Source: Lepidodermella squamata (lineage: Eukaryota > Animalia > Gastrotricha). Taken from it: DNA of 64,000 nucleotides. The DNA is taken from contig JBLDXI010000003.1 in NCBI GenBank assembly GCA_047495785.1, positions 682,001 to 746,000 of the forward strand, read 5' to 3'. The notes beneath the pieces are model-generated. The model worked only from the letters and a program-made list of their open reading frames with translations. It ran no database searches and was not told the DNA's origin. This document shows, in pieces, positions 13,300 through 24,951 of this stretch. Position numbers and translations under genes: made by a program. Positions within the stretch are counted from its first letter, which is position 1, and each line of letters starts with the position of its first letter.

Positions 13300-14557
13300 T
13301 TAATCAAATTAACATTCCATAAATCGATTCCAAACATTAACAAGTCCAAACATTTAGGCGATTATTACTAAAGAAGCCTATCTTGAGGCTGAGAAAAACT
13401 ATGCCAATTCGGTCAAGGCTTCCAGACTAGAGTTTGAGAAAAACTTGGCAGCTGAAAACAACCCGTCGATATTGTTCAAGTATATTAATTCTAGAATCAA
13501 GGCTCTCAATAATCGCCTACCGCTACTCGTTCACAATGGAGTTGACGTTACTGATGATTGATGATGCATCGAAAGCGGAAATATTTCGTGAGACTTTCGA
13601 AAAAAAATTTCGTACTCCTACTCATGCGTATACGAAGGATTATAAAATTGTAAACGACAGTCTTCAAAATATTGTTTTCAACGTCGATCTTGTTACTAGT
13701 CAATTGCGTTCGCTAAAAAACAGTTTCGGCTATGGCTTCGAGTTGCGCGTATCCCTTAACATTCATCTATATTGCTTCATTCTGTCTGAGTTCTGTTCCT
13801 TCCATTTGGAAGTGGTATTTTCTTCGACTAGGGCATCGTCGCTTTTCATACGATTCACTGTCGATTGTGTACGAGACCTAGGTGTTCAAGTGGATAGCGA
13901 GCTATCTTTCGAGACTCATTGTTGTTTACTAAAAAGGTGCAATAATTTGATTGGTTGTATTCTCAAATCTTTAAAAAGCAGGAATCTTCGTTTGAAAGCC
14001 TATAAAACCTATGTTTTACCACTACTCGACTATGCGTCCTCGGTTTATAATCCTTTCCATCTCGGGATTATTGATGATCTGGAGTCAATTCAGCGAAAAT
14101 TTTTAATGAAATTGTCGAATTACGAATCATCTGATTATAATTTTCTACTTAAAAAATTTGATTTGTTGTCTTTGGAACAGCGCCGATTCACTAAAGATAT
14201 TGTTTTCACTGACAAATTCTATCATAATCTTGTTGACGCTAAATTTTCAGATTTATTTACGCCTTCTAGCAACAAATATGCTCCTCTTCATCGCATTCGT
14301 CAATCTGAATGCCATTTGAACTGCAGAAAATATTCCCTTGACAGACGAATTGTTAATGTTTGGAATACTTTCAACATCGAAAATGTTCATTCTAGCCTAA
14401 ATTCATTTAAAAAATTTCTTATGAATATTGATATTGATAAACGTCTTTTGTCGTCAGTGAGGCGCCGTAATACGTGAAAAATTATCTTTCTTTTTCTGTT
14501 TTACTGTTTGCTACAATCGCAAGTGCGATAATTGCAAGTCAAATATAAATAAATAAA
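13300..14557 (+). mobile_element. CR1-clade LINE, internally deleted, with 3' end
   Basis: RT C-terminal motifs DLGVQVDSELSFETH, YKTYVLPLLDYASSVYNP, LESIQRKF and LLSLEQRR. An upstream piece reads NP..LFKYINSR..DDASKAEIF. Ends in a hairpin plus (AAAT)n tail. Confidence 0.8.
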
Positions 14558-14851
14558 TTCTTAGCAGGAAGTCAAAATCGCGAAAAATATATAATTTCAA
14601 GTCAGGAATTTTCTAGCCGATTCATCCGATGAGGTTCCACTCGAAAAATCATTTAACTTATCGATGTTTTATGGGGAAAACTGCTATTTTAAATTATCTA
14701 TTAATCCGAGATAAAGCACTGGTAAGAAAAAATGAAAACCCATTTGTTACCTCATCTCGAGTTTTGATCGGCCGCTTACAGTCAAATTTTTATAACGATT
14801 CCTAAAACAAAATTAATTAATATAACTTAATTTAATGAAATCATAACAAGA

Positions 14852-17523
14852 TCAAGCTGTCAAGCTCGCTATTATCAGCAGTTTCTCCATTTGGAAATTA
14901 TTTCTCGCCCTTGCAACCTCAACAGGAGTAAGATTGTCATGATTCCTCACTTTCAGTAGGGCTGGTTGCTTATCGATCAAGTATTTAATGACTTGTTCAG
15001 TCTCCTCATAACCATAATTGCGTTCCGCAAATAAATGCAAGATGGTGTCACCATTGGCACTGCACTTCTCGAGATGCGCCCCGCTTTCAGCCAATAATTT
15101 TGCGCTTTCGAGATTACAGCTGAGAAGTGGCGAGTTGTGATTGACGTCAGCTTTGAAGTCTTCAATTAACATCTTGCACAGCTGATGTGAGTGAGCCGCT
15201 ACTCCAAGAGGAGTGATACCATCGTGTGAATCGTCTGCCTCCCTTTCCAATAAATCGGGCTGATGCTTCAAAACGAATCGAATCGCATCCGTGTCGAATT
15301 TAGTGTACGAGCATAGTTGATGCAATATTGTATAGCCACGATTGAGCCTTAACAAATCTGCCCCCTTTTCTATCAAGTATTCGGCAATTTCGAAGCAGCT
15401 TCTAAGCAGAGCGCATAGCGTCGGGCTACTTCTAAGGTCAGTGCCCTGATTGACATCAACGCCACAATCTTCAACGAGACACCTTACTACTGACAACGCT
15501 TCTTCTTCGTCATTAGAGTAATACTTTGTATCAATGGCGGACATCAAAGGCGTTAGGCCATATTCGAATACGACGTTAACCCACTGCGGTCGCAATGTAG
15601 CGAGGTAAGTGATGATATTCAAGTTACAGCCATTTACTGCCGCATCGAAGGTCAGCCCGTTCAACGCGTCGAGATTCGCCCCGTTCTCGATGAGGTAGTA
15701 GAATATCTCCAGGCAAGCCTTAACGGCTGCCAGCATCAAGGCAGTATGACCATTATCATTCGGAAAATTAACGTCAACGTGCCGCTCTTCGACCAAATGT
15801 TTCACAAGTTCAAGCTTTCTATCAACTACCATTATGCTTAAAAGATTCCAACCCTTTGGCCTGCCAGTTTCATACAAGAGCTTAGGATCGCATTCGTCGA
15901 GGAAAAAGTCCAGCATTTCAGCAGTTTCCGAGTAGTGAATAGCCATCACGTTGTTGTCATCTCTTCCGTAAATATCGGCACCCTGCTCTTTGACCAAAAA
16001 ACGGGCTAACTCTACCGCAGATTTCGATTTGTTTTGAGCTACTCCGGCCAACAAAAGATGGTGAGCGGTATATCGCGAGTCGGCATGGTTTGCTAGGAAA
16101 CGTCGGCAGGCTTTGGACAACGATTTTCTCTCAAATATCCGCTTCACTGTCTCGAGGTCATTGTCTAACGCAGCGTCGTGGAGAATCTTGAAATCGGAGG
16201 CAATCTAACACAAGATAATGTATTGACTTCAAGCATGTTTTAGTCGTTAATAAAATAATACCTTTGGAACCTTGGTTTTTATTTCTTTGATTCGAAGCTT
16301 GACCAAACTTGAAATCTTTAATTTGGCTCATACAACCATGTTTTGAAGTATTGGAATTTCGTTACCTTTGCATCAATCTCACAGGCAAGCCGCAGGACCT
16401 CGGCAAAATACTCAGCACAGCCATACAGCTCTGATTCTGCATTCATTTCGGCCAATTTCGCTTGGAAAGTTCTCATGTAAACAGGCAGATCTTTAGCAAT
16501 AGTCCTCAGCCCATTGCAGGTCTCCGAATCCGCATCGGCTTCTTCCAGGCGAGATTCCAGTGCTTCTGAAGCTTTCGAAAAACGATCTTCAAACTATAAA
16601 AACGATATACAGGGAAAGTTACTAAATCGCTCAACTACTAGGCTTGGTCCGAACAAATGAACCTCCAAAGTAATGTTTACGGTCTAATCTGAAAGCTATA
16701 AACAGGTGTCGAAACCGGTCAAATTTTTTGGGTCCGCAGTCCTGTTCAGACATGATAAATACATTTGCACAGGATTCGCAGAAAAATGCAAGCACCTGCG
16801 TAACAGGAGCCAACTCATGAAATTTTAGAATACTTATGCCAATTCCGGATCTAGCCATTTAATGCAATTATTCATATGGAATATTATAAATTTCACTCTC
16901 GAAAATAACACAACTTTGTAAAATCCTTAAAGTTACTTTGGCCTGGCGTGGTGAATTTAGAAAGTCAATTTATATATATATAGATAAACTAACCCCGCTT
17001 GCAATACAGTTTACCTCCAGCTTGAGCATCACGAGATGGGCAACTAGACAGGGTGGGCAGAACCTGTTCTCACAATGGGTACAAAAAGTTGCCGAAGAGG
17101 GGCTGACCATAGATGGGATATGAAGGCACATCTCGCCGATCACATTTCTAACTGATTGGCATTTCAGTCTATTCACCAATTGATTCGAGCGTTCGTCGCC
17201 TTCGCATACAATAGCGTCAAGAGTTCGCTGCATTACAAAATTCGTCATCGAATTTACTGTATCTTTCGTTACAGAAGGCTGCGGTTCACGGCATTCTGGG
17301 CATGAAAACCTTTCACTGGATTTGCATATTCGAACGACGCATTCTTTACAATAGGTATGCCTACATTCTGGAAGAATAACTGGCTTTCGAAAGATGCTCA
17401 GGCAAACCGAACAAGTTAACGCCTGTGTATAATAGAGACAATTAACGATACCAGAGCAAATTTTCCAACGTATACGGATATTATTTCGCCGTCAAATGTC
17501 AGCATCTTACTGCCGGCCATCAT
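14852..17523 (-). CDS. TRIM-like RING / B-box-like / coiled-coil / ankyrin-repeat protein, copy 3 (about 703 aa)
   Basis: Exons 17523-17476, 17422-16994, 16593-16366, 16315-16262, 16204-14852, all phase 0. The 54-nt exon 4 has the same length as in copy 1, although its acceptor is a weaker AAG. RING CSVC..CRHTYCKEC..CPEC. Confidence 0.82.
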
Positions 17524-18227
17524 ATATTTAGTCAAAATCTAGAAGAAAAAGAATGTATACCATAGTTATTCAGTCACGCGTAGTGAATTTGGAATTTACG
17601 ACTTACGACTGATGATATAGTTTCCATTTAGAATCGTCATACCGTAGTTACTGAAATACTAACCCGGGGTTATACAAAAATGATACCTCGAAAATAAGGG
17701 AAAGTATTAGCTTGTTCGTTTAATAGCTGAAAATTAAGAATCATTAGGAACGCTACAACAAAAAATATCGCTAATCGCAGATTATTAAATATCTTCAGCC
17801 ATTTTTCGTTTTTAAATACCGTTCCGCGCGTCTTTCGCACGTGCCGTAGTAGCCTATTCGACTATTCGAGATAGGACTATATGCACCGACGGAATTAAAT
17901 TTACCTAGGCTTCTAAACGAGGGTGGGCTTATATTTCGGTAACCACGGTATTTTGCGTTTGCTAAAATTGTAATTTCACAATCCGATCTCGGAATGAAAC
18001 ACTTCGAGGACGACGAAATGAAAAAATCCTGATAATATTTGTTAGCAATAAAAATCCTCATTGTTATAGACTTATCAAAAAATAAGAGGCGAAAGAAAAA
18101 TGTTGAATACTTTATTCTGAATTGGAACCTATAATCTTTTAACTGTTTTATAAATTGAAATAAGGCTAGAAAGAATAGAAGCAATACAATCAAGAGGCAT
18201 GTTAGTTCAAGTTACATGATAACGTGT

Positions 18228-19553
18228 TCAATTACTATCGCCGAAATATGGCAAAGATATGTACGACTCGATTCCGCATCTATTGACACCCTTTCGAATC
18301 TTGCCGTAGCCGTTGTAGCCCCACGTCTTGCCCCATGAGTTGCGGATGATCCAGTAATCCTCATTTGTCGTCGGGTCCGTACCATAGCCAACCAACGTGA
18401 CTGCGTGATTGATTTTTGTTGAGCAATCCCTATCGTCCCAAACACCTTCCTTGTAGGCTTCAAACTTATCGGAACCTGCGTCCATACCGACATCAACTGG
18501 TCCGTATTGCAGCGCATTTACCATTCGCTCAGCCATGGAGCTTTGGGGAACCAGGATGATATTATTGAGCGTTTCCGCGCCTTTAATCCAGTAAAATCCG
18601 GTGATGTTGATGGCGACGGCCTTAGTGCTATCCAATTGACACCCGTTGGTGTCTGACATTGTGTAAGCGTAGTCCTCAGCCTTCGCAAACACCTTGTTTC
18701 TGCGATAGTAGGTAGCGCCGTTCAAAAAGGTCCCACCGTTGCAACCGTTGTTGTTGCCAACTCCTTTGGAGCAGTCGACAAGTTGCTGCTCGGACATCGA
18801 AATAGGCGCAGCCTTGTTCTTGATTGCTAGCCTTGACTCGACAACGGCAGTCGTTGCGAAGGAGTAGCAGGATCCACATTTCCTTTGATTCTTAATCGGT
18901 GTCAGGTAGCCTTTGCTACGCCAGTCGAGAACCGTACCGGGCATGACGACTGCATCTTCTTCGGATACTGTTTGGGAAGGCACATTGTTGTAATTCGTGT
19001 CCACTGCGGCATAGGAGTTGAGAGGCCGACTTGTTACGGCTTCTCGAATAACATCTCTCCCCTTCTTGCCCGATGGAACCGGCAAGCAAGTTCGAGCACC
19101 AATTTGATCGTCGTGCTGAAGCTCAATAAAGCAGACTTCGCAGCTATCACTACTTGAACATGTTGTTGACATACGGAAGTTGACACCCCGCTTGCGACGG
19201 CGTTGACTTCCTTCGGTTTCAATCTCCACAGGATCTTCATCCGGCAATGCGCCACGCAAGTTCTTCTTCTTCCATTCTGAGGATTTCGAACTGTATTCGT
19301 TGAGACCATACTTGACATCAGGGTCATCGGTGTTGTTAGCATTCCATTTGTCAATGTCTTCGAGCTCCTCGAGCAGTTCTTCCTCTTCCTCGTCATCAGC
19401 CGCTTCGTCGTCGAAGTTTTTATTGTACTGTTTCTTGAAATCAACCCAGCGATGATCATCTGGAGTGCCAGGCTGCTTGAGGCCACGCCCGCTGGCAGCT
19501 ACGACCACTAGCAGGCATGATAATGCGATGATAGCCAACAAGTAATTCCTCAT
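18228..19553 (-). CDS. Papain-family (C1A) cathepsin L-like cysteine protease, secreted, intronless, copy 1
   Basis: Signal peptide, I29-like prodomain, mature DWRSKG start, QRKCGSCYSF (catalytic Cys), NHAV (His), RNSWG (Asn). Confidence 0.95.
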   Translation of the reverse strand: MRNYLLAIIALSCLLVVVAASGRGLKQPGTPDDHRWVDFKKQYNKNFDDEAADDEEEEELLEELEDIDKWNANNTDDPDVKYGLNEYSSKSSEWKKKNLRGALPDEDPVEIETEGSQRRRKRGVNFRMSTTCSSSDSCEVCFIELQHDDQIGARTCLPVPSGKKGRDVIREAVTSRPLNSYAAVDTNYNNVPSQTVSEEDAVVMPGTVLDWRSKGYLTPIKNQRKCGSCYSFATTAVVESRLAIKNKAAPISMSEQQLVDCSKGVGNNNGCNGGTFLNGATYYRRNKVFAKAEDYAYTMSDTNGCQLDSTKAVAINITGFYWIKGAETLNNIILVPQSSMAERMVNALQYGPVDVGMDAGSDKFEAYKEGVWDDRDCSTKINHAVTLVGYGTDPTTNEDYWIIRNSWGKTWGYNGYGKIRKGVNRCGIESYISLPYFGDSN

Positions 19554-21091
19554 GTTTATAAACGATGTTTTAGGAAAATAGCCACGACGTCGCCTTTTAT
19601 ATAGAGCGGCTACGATGCCTAGGTATTTCAGGTATTTCGCCTAGGTATTTAGCTGCCATCCTACAGATCACGACTCAAACTTTTTCTCTCAAGAAAAGCA
19701 TTTTTTCATACTTTCGTGGATTATCATGAAGGCCATCGCTGCCTGGAGCTCTTCGTGAATCCGTTATTTTCTTAATGGAGAAAGTGTAATGTGCAGGTCT
19801 ACCGAGTTGACGTTGAAGGCATCCATCTTGGCAACGGTTTTTTCTGAGCAGTCAATATGGCATAATGCACAACGCTCACGTTAAGTGCATTCGCATTAAG
19901 GAATTCAGAAGAGAGCATGTGAAGGAATTTAACGATGAAAATTCTGAGACCAATTTACTAATTCCGCTGAATTTAGCTCCAAAGTTATAAAGTATCAATT
20001 GGTAATTTACAAACAAGTTATTTCCACTTCATCAGATGGTGTGATCCAGGAATTTTTCTTAAGATTAACATGAACATTATAGGTGTAAAGTTCGCCGAAA
20101 CTAGCCACTTAATTTCTTCGATCTCGATCTCGGTAGCAAACAATTTCAATGTACCATGAGATACAGGTCGAGTTCCGACTAGAAAAAGATTAGAGGCGTA
20201 GAAGAAATTATACTGCTGCTAACATGTGATCTGAATCAATAATCAAAAGATGAATCATTGCACGTGGCGATTACGATAGGTTAGATTGATATCTCTGCCT
20301 TCCCGAAAATTAGCAATTTAAAGATTGGTCAGACCATGGAATCACGAAGTTAGGCGCAACTTCCAGCTTATTCATTATATTATAGCTTATTCCAGCTTAT
20401 TTCGAACCAAAACACGTTTTTTAGAGTAAATATCGAGGTAAATATATGTCAGAGAAAAACAGATTTAAAACAGCTTTAAATCTAAATCTAGGAAGTTTGG
20501 ATAATTTTTCGAATTATCGCTCGCGTCCAATACTATTCGACTGAATACCGACTGAAATGCGGTTAAGAATCCGCTATGTAGAAAGATTTAATAAATTCTT
20601 GGAAAACCAGATACTAATTTAGTGATATTTTATAGCTTGGACGTAGAATTTCGGAATTTTCAGCATATTTTCCCACCTTGAAAAACGATATGATTTGGAA
20701 ACATTCTCTAGGGGTTCGCAGCCTGGTAAGAATTTCCGATTTTTGGCTCGCCAAGGGTTAGGCGTTGAGAAGCCCTGGGCTAGAATGAGAATAAAGTTGA
20801 AAGTTGAAATAAAGCAAATTACACACAAATTCAACTACTCTTGAAGCCTGAAAACTTGCTCGGAATTCTCTTTAACTTACCTGCCATTTATCTGTTTATA
20901 TTTGTTTTTATTTGTTCCACCATTTATCGAATTCTCTAAAGAATAGAAAGGATCGAATGGTTCGATGAAGTCATAAAATATTTACCGGCGTAAATCACCA
21001 TAAATGAAAATCAATTCCACTTCAACCCCTTGAGAGACAAATATTTCATTCAATATGGTGTAACTTTTTCCGATTCCATACAAGCATTTCA

Positions 21092-22101
21092 ATGGGGAAC
21101 GCCAATTGCAAAGCCTTCCTTTTTGATAGTCTACTACCTGTAGCTTATCCTACTTATGAGGAGCTTCAACTGACGATAGCGTTGGATAAATTCGATGAGA
21201 CTAGGCTCAATTTACTCTTGAATGTACTCAAAGAGCTCAACAAAGAGCTCGACGAATTGTATGACGGATATTTCAATTTGCACCACGAACTATTTCGACC
21301 TCTACGAGACATAATGATTACCTGTCAAAGTTTTCTTTCTTACCTTGTTCGACTGAGCAGTGAAGCCTTCTCTATTGAGAAAGAACAAAGGTTTGGTCCT
21401 GAAAGTCATGAAATACCCGCGATATAAAGATTCAATTTATAACCAGGATTGAAATTATTCAGCGGTGTTTGGAGTGCCAAGTTCACCTTGCCGGACTGTT
21501 AGGACTGGTCGAGTTCAAAATGCGCAACACTTGCGAAGAAATGGTAGATTTCCTCGCCAAGGTCAAAGCAGTTTTTTCAGCCTACTATAAATTCATATAT
21601 CCCGTCGAAACATACGGACGAATCGATCTTGTCGGGCTGAAATGCGCCTTGTTAGCCGAAAGAGGTCATTCAACCCAGTCGTCTGATAATGACTGCCTCC
21701 TGATCGAACAATCCTTTCAGCTGTCTGCTTGTTCTACTATAGCTCTGCGAAGTTTGCAGAGAACAGCATCAGTTTCTGTTGAGGAAATAGACTTGAAGCC
21801 TCGGAATTTTGTTCGAGAAAATCGAGTTAACATTGGAAGTAATTGGTCTCGTCTGCCACTGTTGCCGGTAACATCTAGCAAGCCTAAGATTTCGAATTAC
21901 GCAGACTCTCTGATGAGGTATCGAAAACGGGACTCTTCGAGTAACGAATACAACAAGCTGCCTTTACTATTTGAAAGCCGCAAGATACCCCAGTTAAGCC
22001 TGCCGAAAATGCGAGTTCGAATCGATGATCCTCAACTTCTTGGAACTTCGCGGCGGCAGCTGAATCAATACGCAAAAAACTGGACTTCGTGGGACGAATA
22101 G
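21092..22101 (+). CDS. Uncharacterised helical protein (about 317 aa) with possible N-myristoylation
   Basis: Exons 21092-21390 and 21447-22101 joined by a 56-nt GT-AG phase-2 intron that fuses two track ORFs in frame. Starts MGNANCK. Confidence 0.6.
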
Positions 22102-22701
22102 TTCTTTAAACTTCATTTACTCAGTAATTGGTTTCCATCAATATTACTCGCGTCTAGAACGCCATTCAATTCTCTTGTGTTAAATTAGAAATGGGGAAAA
22201 TCTCGAGAAACAAATAAAAACTCTTAATGGCGTCAGTTGTAACCGTTGAGTACGTTTTTTGCCTCAGCTTGAAGCATTATGTGTAGGTACCTAGTGCTTA
22301 TTCTCTGCGTATTATAGCAAAGAACTAAACAGCATGCACGATTCAGGCTGAGCAGTATTACCTCGACTACAACGAAATGTCAACATTTCCAAGTTGAATT
22401 CTAATTTTACTCATGAACATTTCTTCTTTATTTCTCCTCTCAGCAGCCCAGATAAATTATATGACATAATAGGATACTGATGAAACCAACCCTGGACCAT
22501 AGGCACGCTAGATAATTTTGATTGTGCCACAGATAAACCACAACATACATGCAGTGGTATAATCCGAATGAGAATTAGTAGAGCGAACTCAAAGGTCAAG
22601 CTAGTGCGGATTTTGAGTAGCCAAGATATCCCAACGTCTGAAATTGAGAATATCTCTATCTTGTGTGTATTTATTATTAAAAATCTCATCCGTGTAGAAA
22701 C

Positions 22702-22951
22702 ATGTTTATCGAGATCATCGCTGGTATCGTTTGCATTTTTGCGGTTCAATTTTAGCATTTTACTGCTATCAGCAGTTCATCTACTATCGAGATTACGTGT
22801 TGCTTACCTGGGGAAGGCTTTTCAGGACATACTCCTGAGCACTGGCTACAGAAATCTCCCGGCATACGCTGACGTGATAACAAGACATTTGGATCGCAAA
22901 AAGTCGAGCGCGCAAAATGGCAAATTCTACGGCTATTACATGGGATCAACA
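22702..22951 (+). pseudogene. Truncated, frameshifted duplicate of the 5' end of the adjacent cytochrome P450
   Basis: Begins ATGTTTATCGAGAT like 23134 and shares GGCAAATTCTACGGCTATTACATGGGATCAAC with 23341-23372. Indels break the frame. Confidence 0.85.
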
Positions 22952-23133
22952 CAGGCCTCGATTCGGGGTTATAAACTGCAGTCAGTAATCCTTTTTTGAA
23001 AGCCCCATGCATTGCATAAATGAAGGTCTGATTCGGTGAATAGGCCAATAAACAAATAACTATTTAAAAAAAATGTGCCATTCCCTTTCAACGCGAAGAT
23101 CTTAAATACAGCTTTCTATTCAGTGTAGAAGAA

Positions 23134-24758
23134 ATGTTTATCGAGATTATTGCTAGTGTCGTCAGCATTTTTGGCGGCTCAATTTTCGCATTTTACTGCT
23201 ATCGAAAATTCATCTGCTTTCGAACTTTCAAACGCGAGGGCTTACCTGGTCCAACCCCGCACTGGCTACTCGGAAATTTACCGGCATTTGCCGATGTGAA
23301 AACAAGACATTTGGTACACAACAAATGGAGCAAACAGTACGGCAAATTCTACGGCTATTACATGGGATCAACGCCATGTTTCGCCGTCAGCGATCCAAGA
23401 CTAGCAGAAATTGCGCTCGTCAAGTTGTTTAGTGAGCTACCGTCCAGAAATCCGCCGCCAACTGTCGATCCAGATTCAGATAAAGAACCGTTGTCTATTG
23501 CAAACGCTAGAGGCCCCCGCTGGAAACGACTGCGAGTGATTTGCAGTGCAATATTTTCGTCAGGCAAAATGCGAGCTATGCCATCTTTGATGATGAAGCC
23601 TCAGATAGAATTCCTTAAATTGCTAGCAGAAAAAGCTGCTAAAACCGAGGCATTCGACATTTATCCATCATACAAACTATTGACACTGGATATGATCGCC
23701 GAAACGACTCTGGGTCTTGAACTTAACTCAATCGCGACCAGTGGCAAGCAGGAGAACGTAGTGTTAAACATTTTAAACGACATTTTCAATAGCATGGCCT
23801 CACGATCGTTGTTGTTTCAAATCGGAATAGTATTTCCTGAGCTCAAAACAATAATCGGACCACTGGAACGCATGAGAAGCAAGTTCTTCCAGTCTGGAAT
23901 GTCCTATCACAGTAAGAAATTGGAAAATCTCATGGAACAAGTTATTATTGAGCGGAGAAATAGTGGAAAAACTGATAAGATGGACTTTCTGCAATTAATG
24001 CTTCAACTTGAGGAATCGGTCGCAGATCCGGCTGAATTGGACGGACATAAGGGGTTAACTGTTCAAGAAATTACCGGGCAAGCCAACACCTTCTTAGGAG
24101 CTGGATACGAGGTTAGTCCTAATGGTCTTGAAAGTTCTTGTATTAATGCGAACAACTATTGATATTGCAGAGCTCAAGCACTACACTGGCCTTCGTAACC
24201 CATTTCCTAGCGAATGATTCTAGAGTCCAAGACAAGCTGATCGAAGAGATTGATTACTATTTTTCAGATCCGGATAAAGTACCAGATTACGAAAACGTTG
24301 CTCCACTGAAATACTTGGATGCAGTGATAAATGAGACGCTGCGCATTATTCCGGTAGGCCATGCTACGAATCGAGTCGCCGTGAAGAACACCGAGATTGA
24401 AGGAGTGCGGATAAGCAAAGGCGATGTAATTATGATTGACATCTGGACTATCCACCGCGACGAAGAGCAATGGGGCCCTGTTGATGTCGAGAAATTTTAC
24501 CCCGAGCGATTTCTCGAAGATTACCCTACTACAGCTAACCGGCATCCGGGCGCTTTGCTAACATTCAGTAACGGGCCAAGGATGTGCATAGGAAAGCGAT
24601 TTGCCATGCTGGAAATCAAGATGACTTTCATCAATATTCTTCGGAAATATCGAATAGTGAAAACGAAGGAGACAGGCGATGAACCCAATATTATTGCGAC
24701 TCTGTTGGTAAAGCCAGCAAATGGAGTCTATATAAAGCTCGAAAAACGAAAAATATGA
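23134..24758 (+). CDS. Cytochrome P450, clan 3 (CYP3A/CYP13-like), about 521 aa
   Basis: Exons 23134-24111 and 24171-24758. N-terminal anchor plus PGP, WKRLR, I-helix AGYE|SSST, ETLR, PERF, and heme motif FSNGPRMCIG. Confidence 0.93.
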
Positions 24759-24951
24759 AATTTCTATCAAGGAAAACTGGTAATGTAATATCCTGGAAGT
24801 TTTTTGAAACCTTACGGGCATTTATCAAACATAAATAGCTTTTTTTGATACGCATGAGGAATGAGGACTATGAATTGTTGAAAACAATGTCAAAACTGAT
24901 TACTCACTAAACTATTATTTACTGTGCGGTCCAGCAAACTAACCCCTGTCT

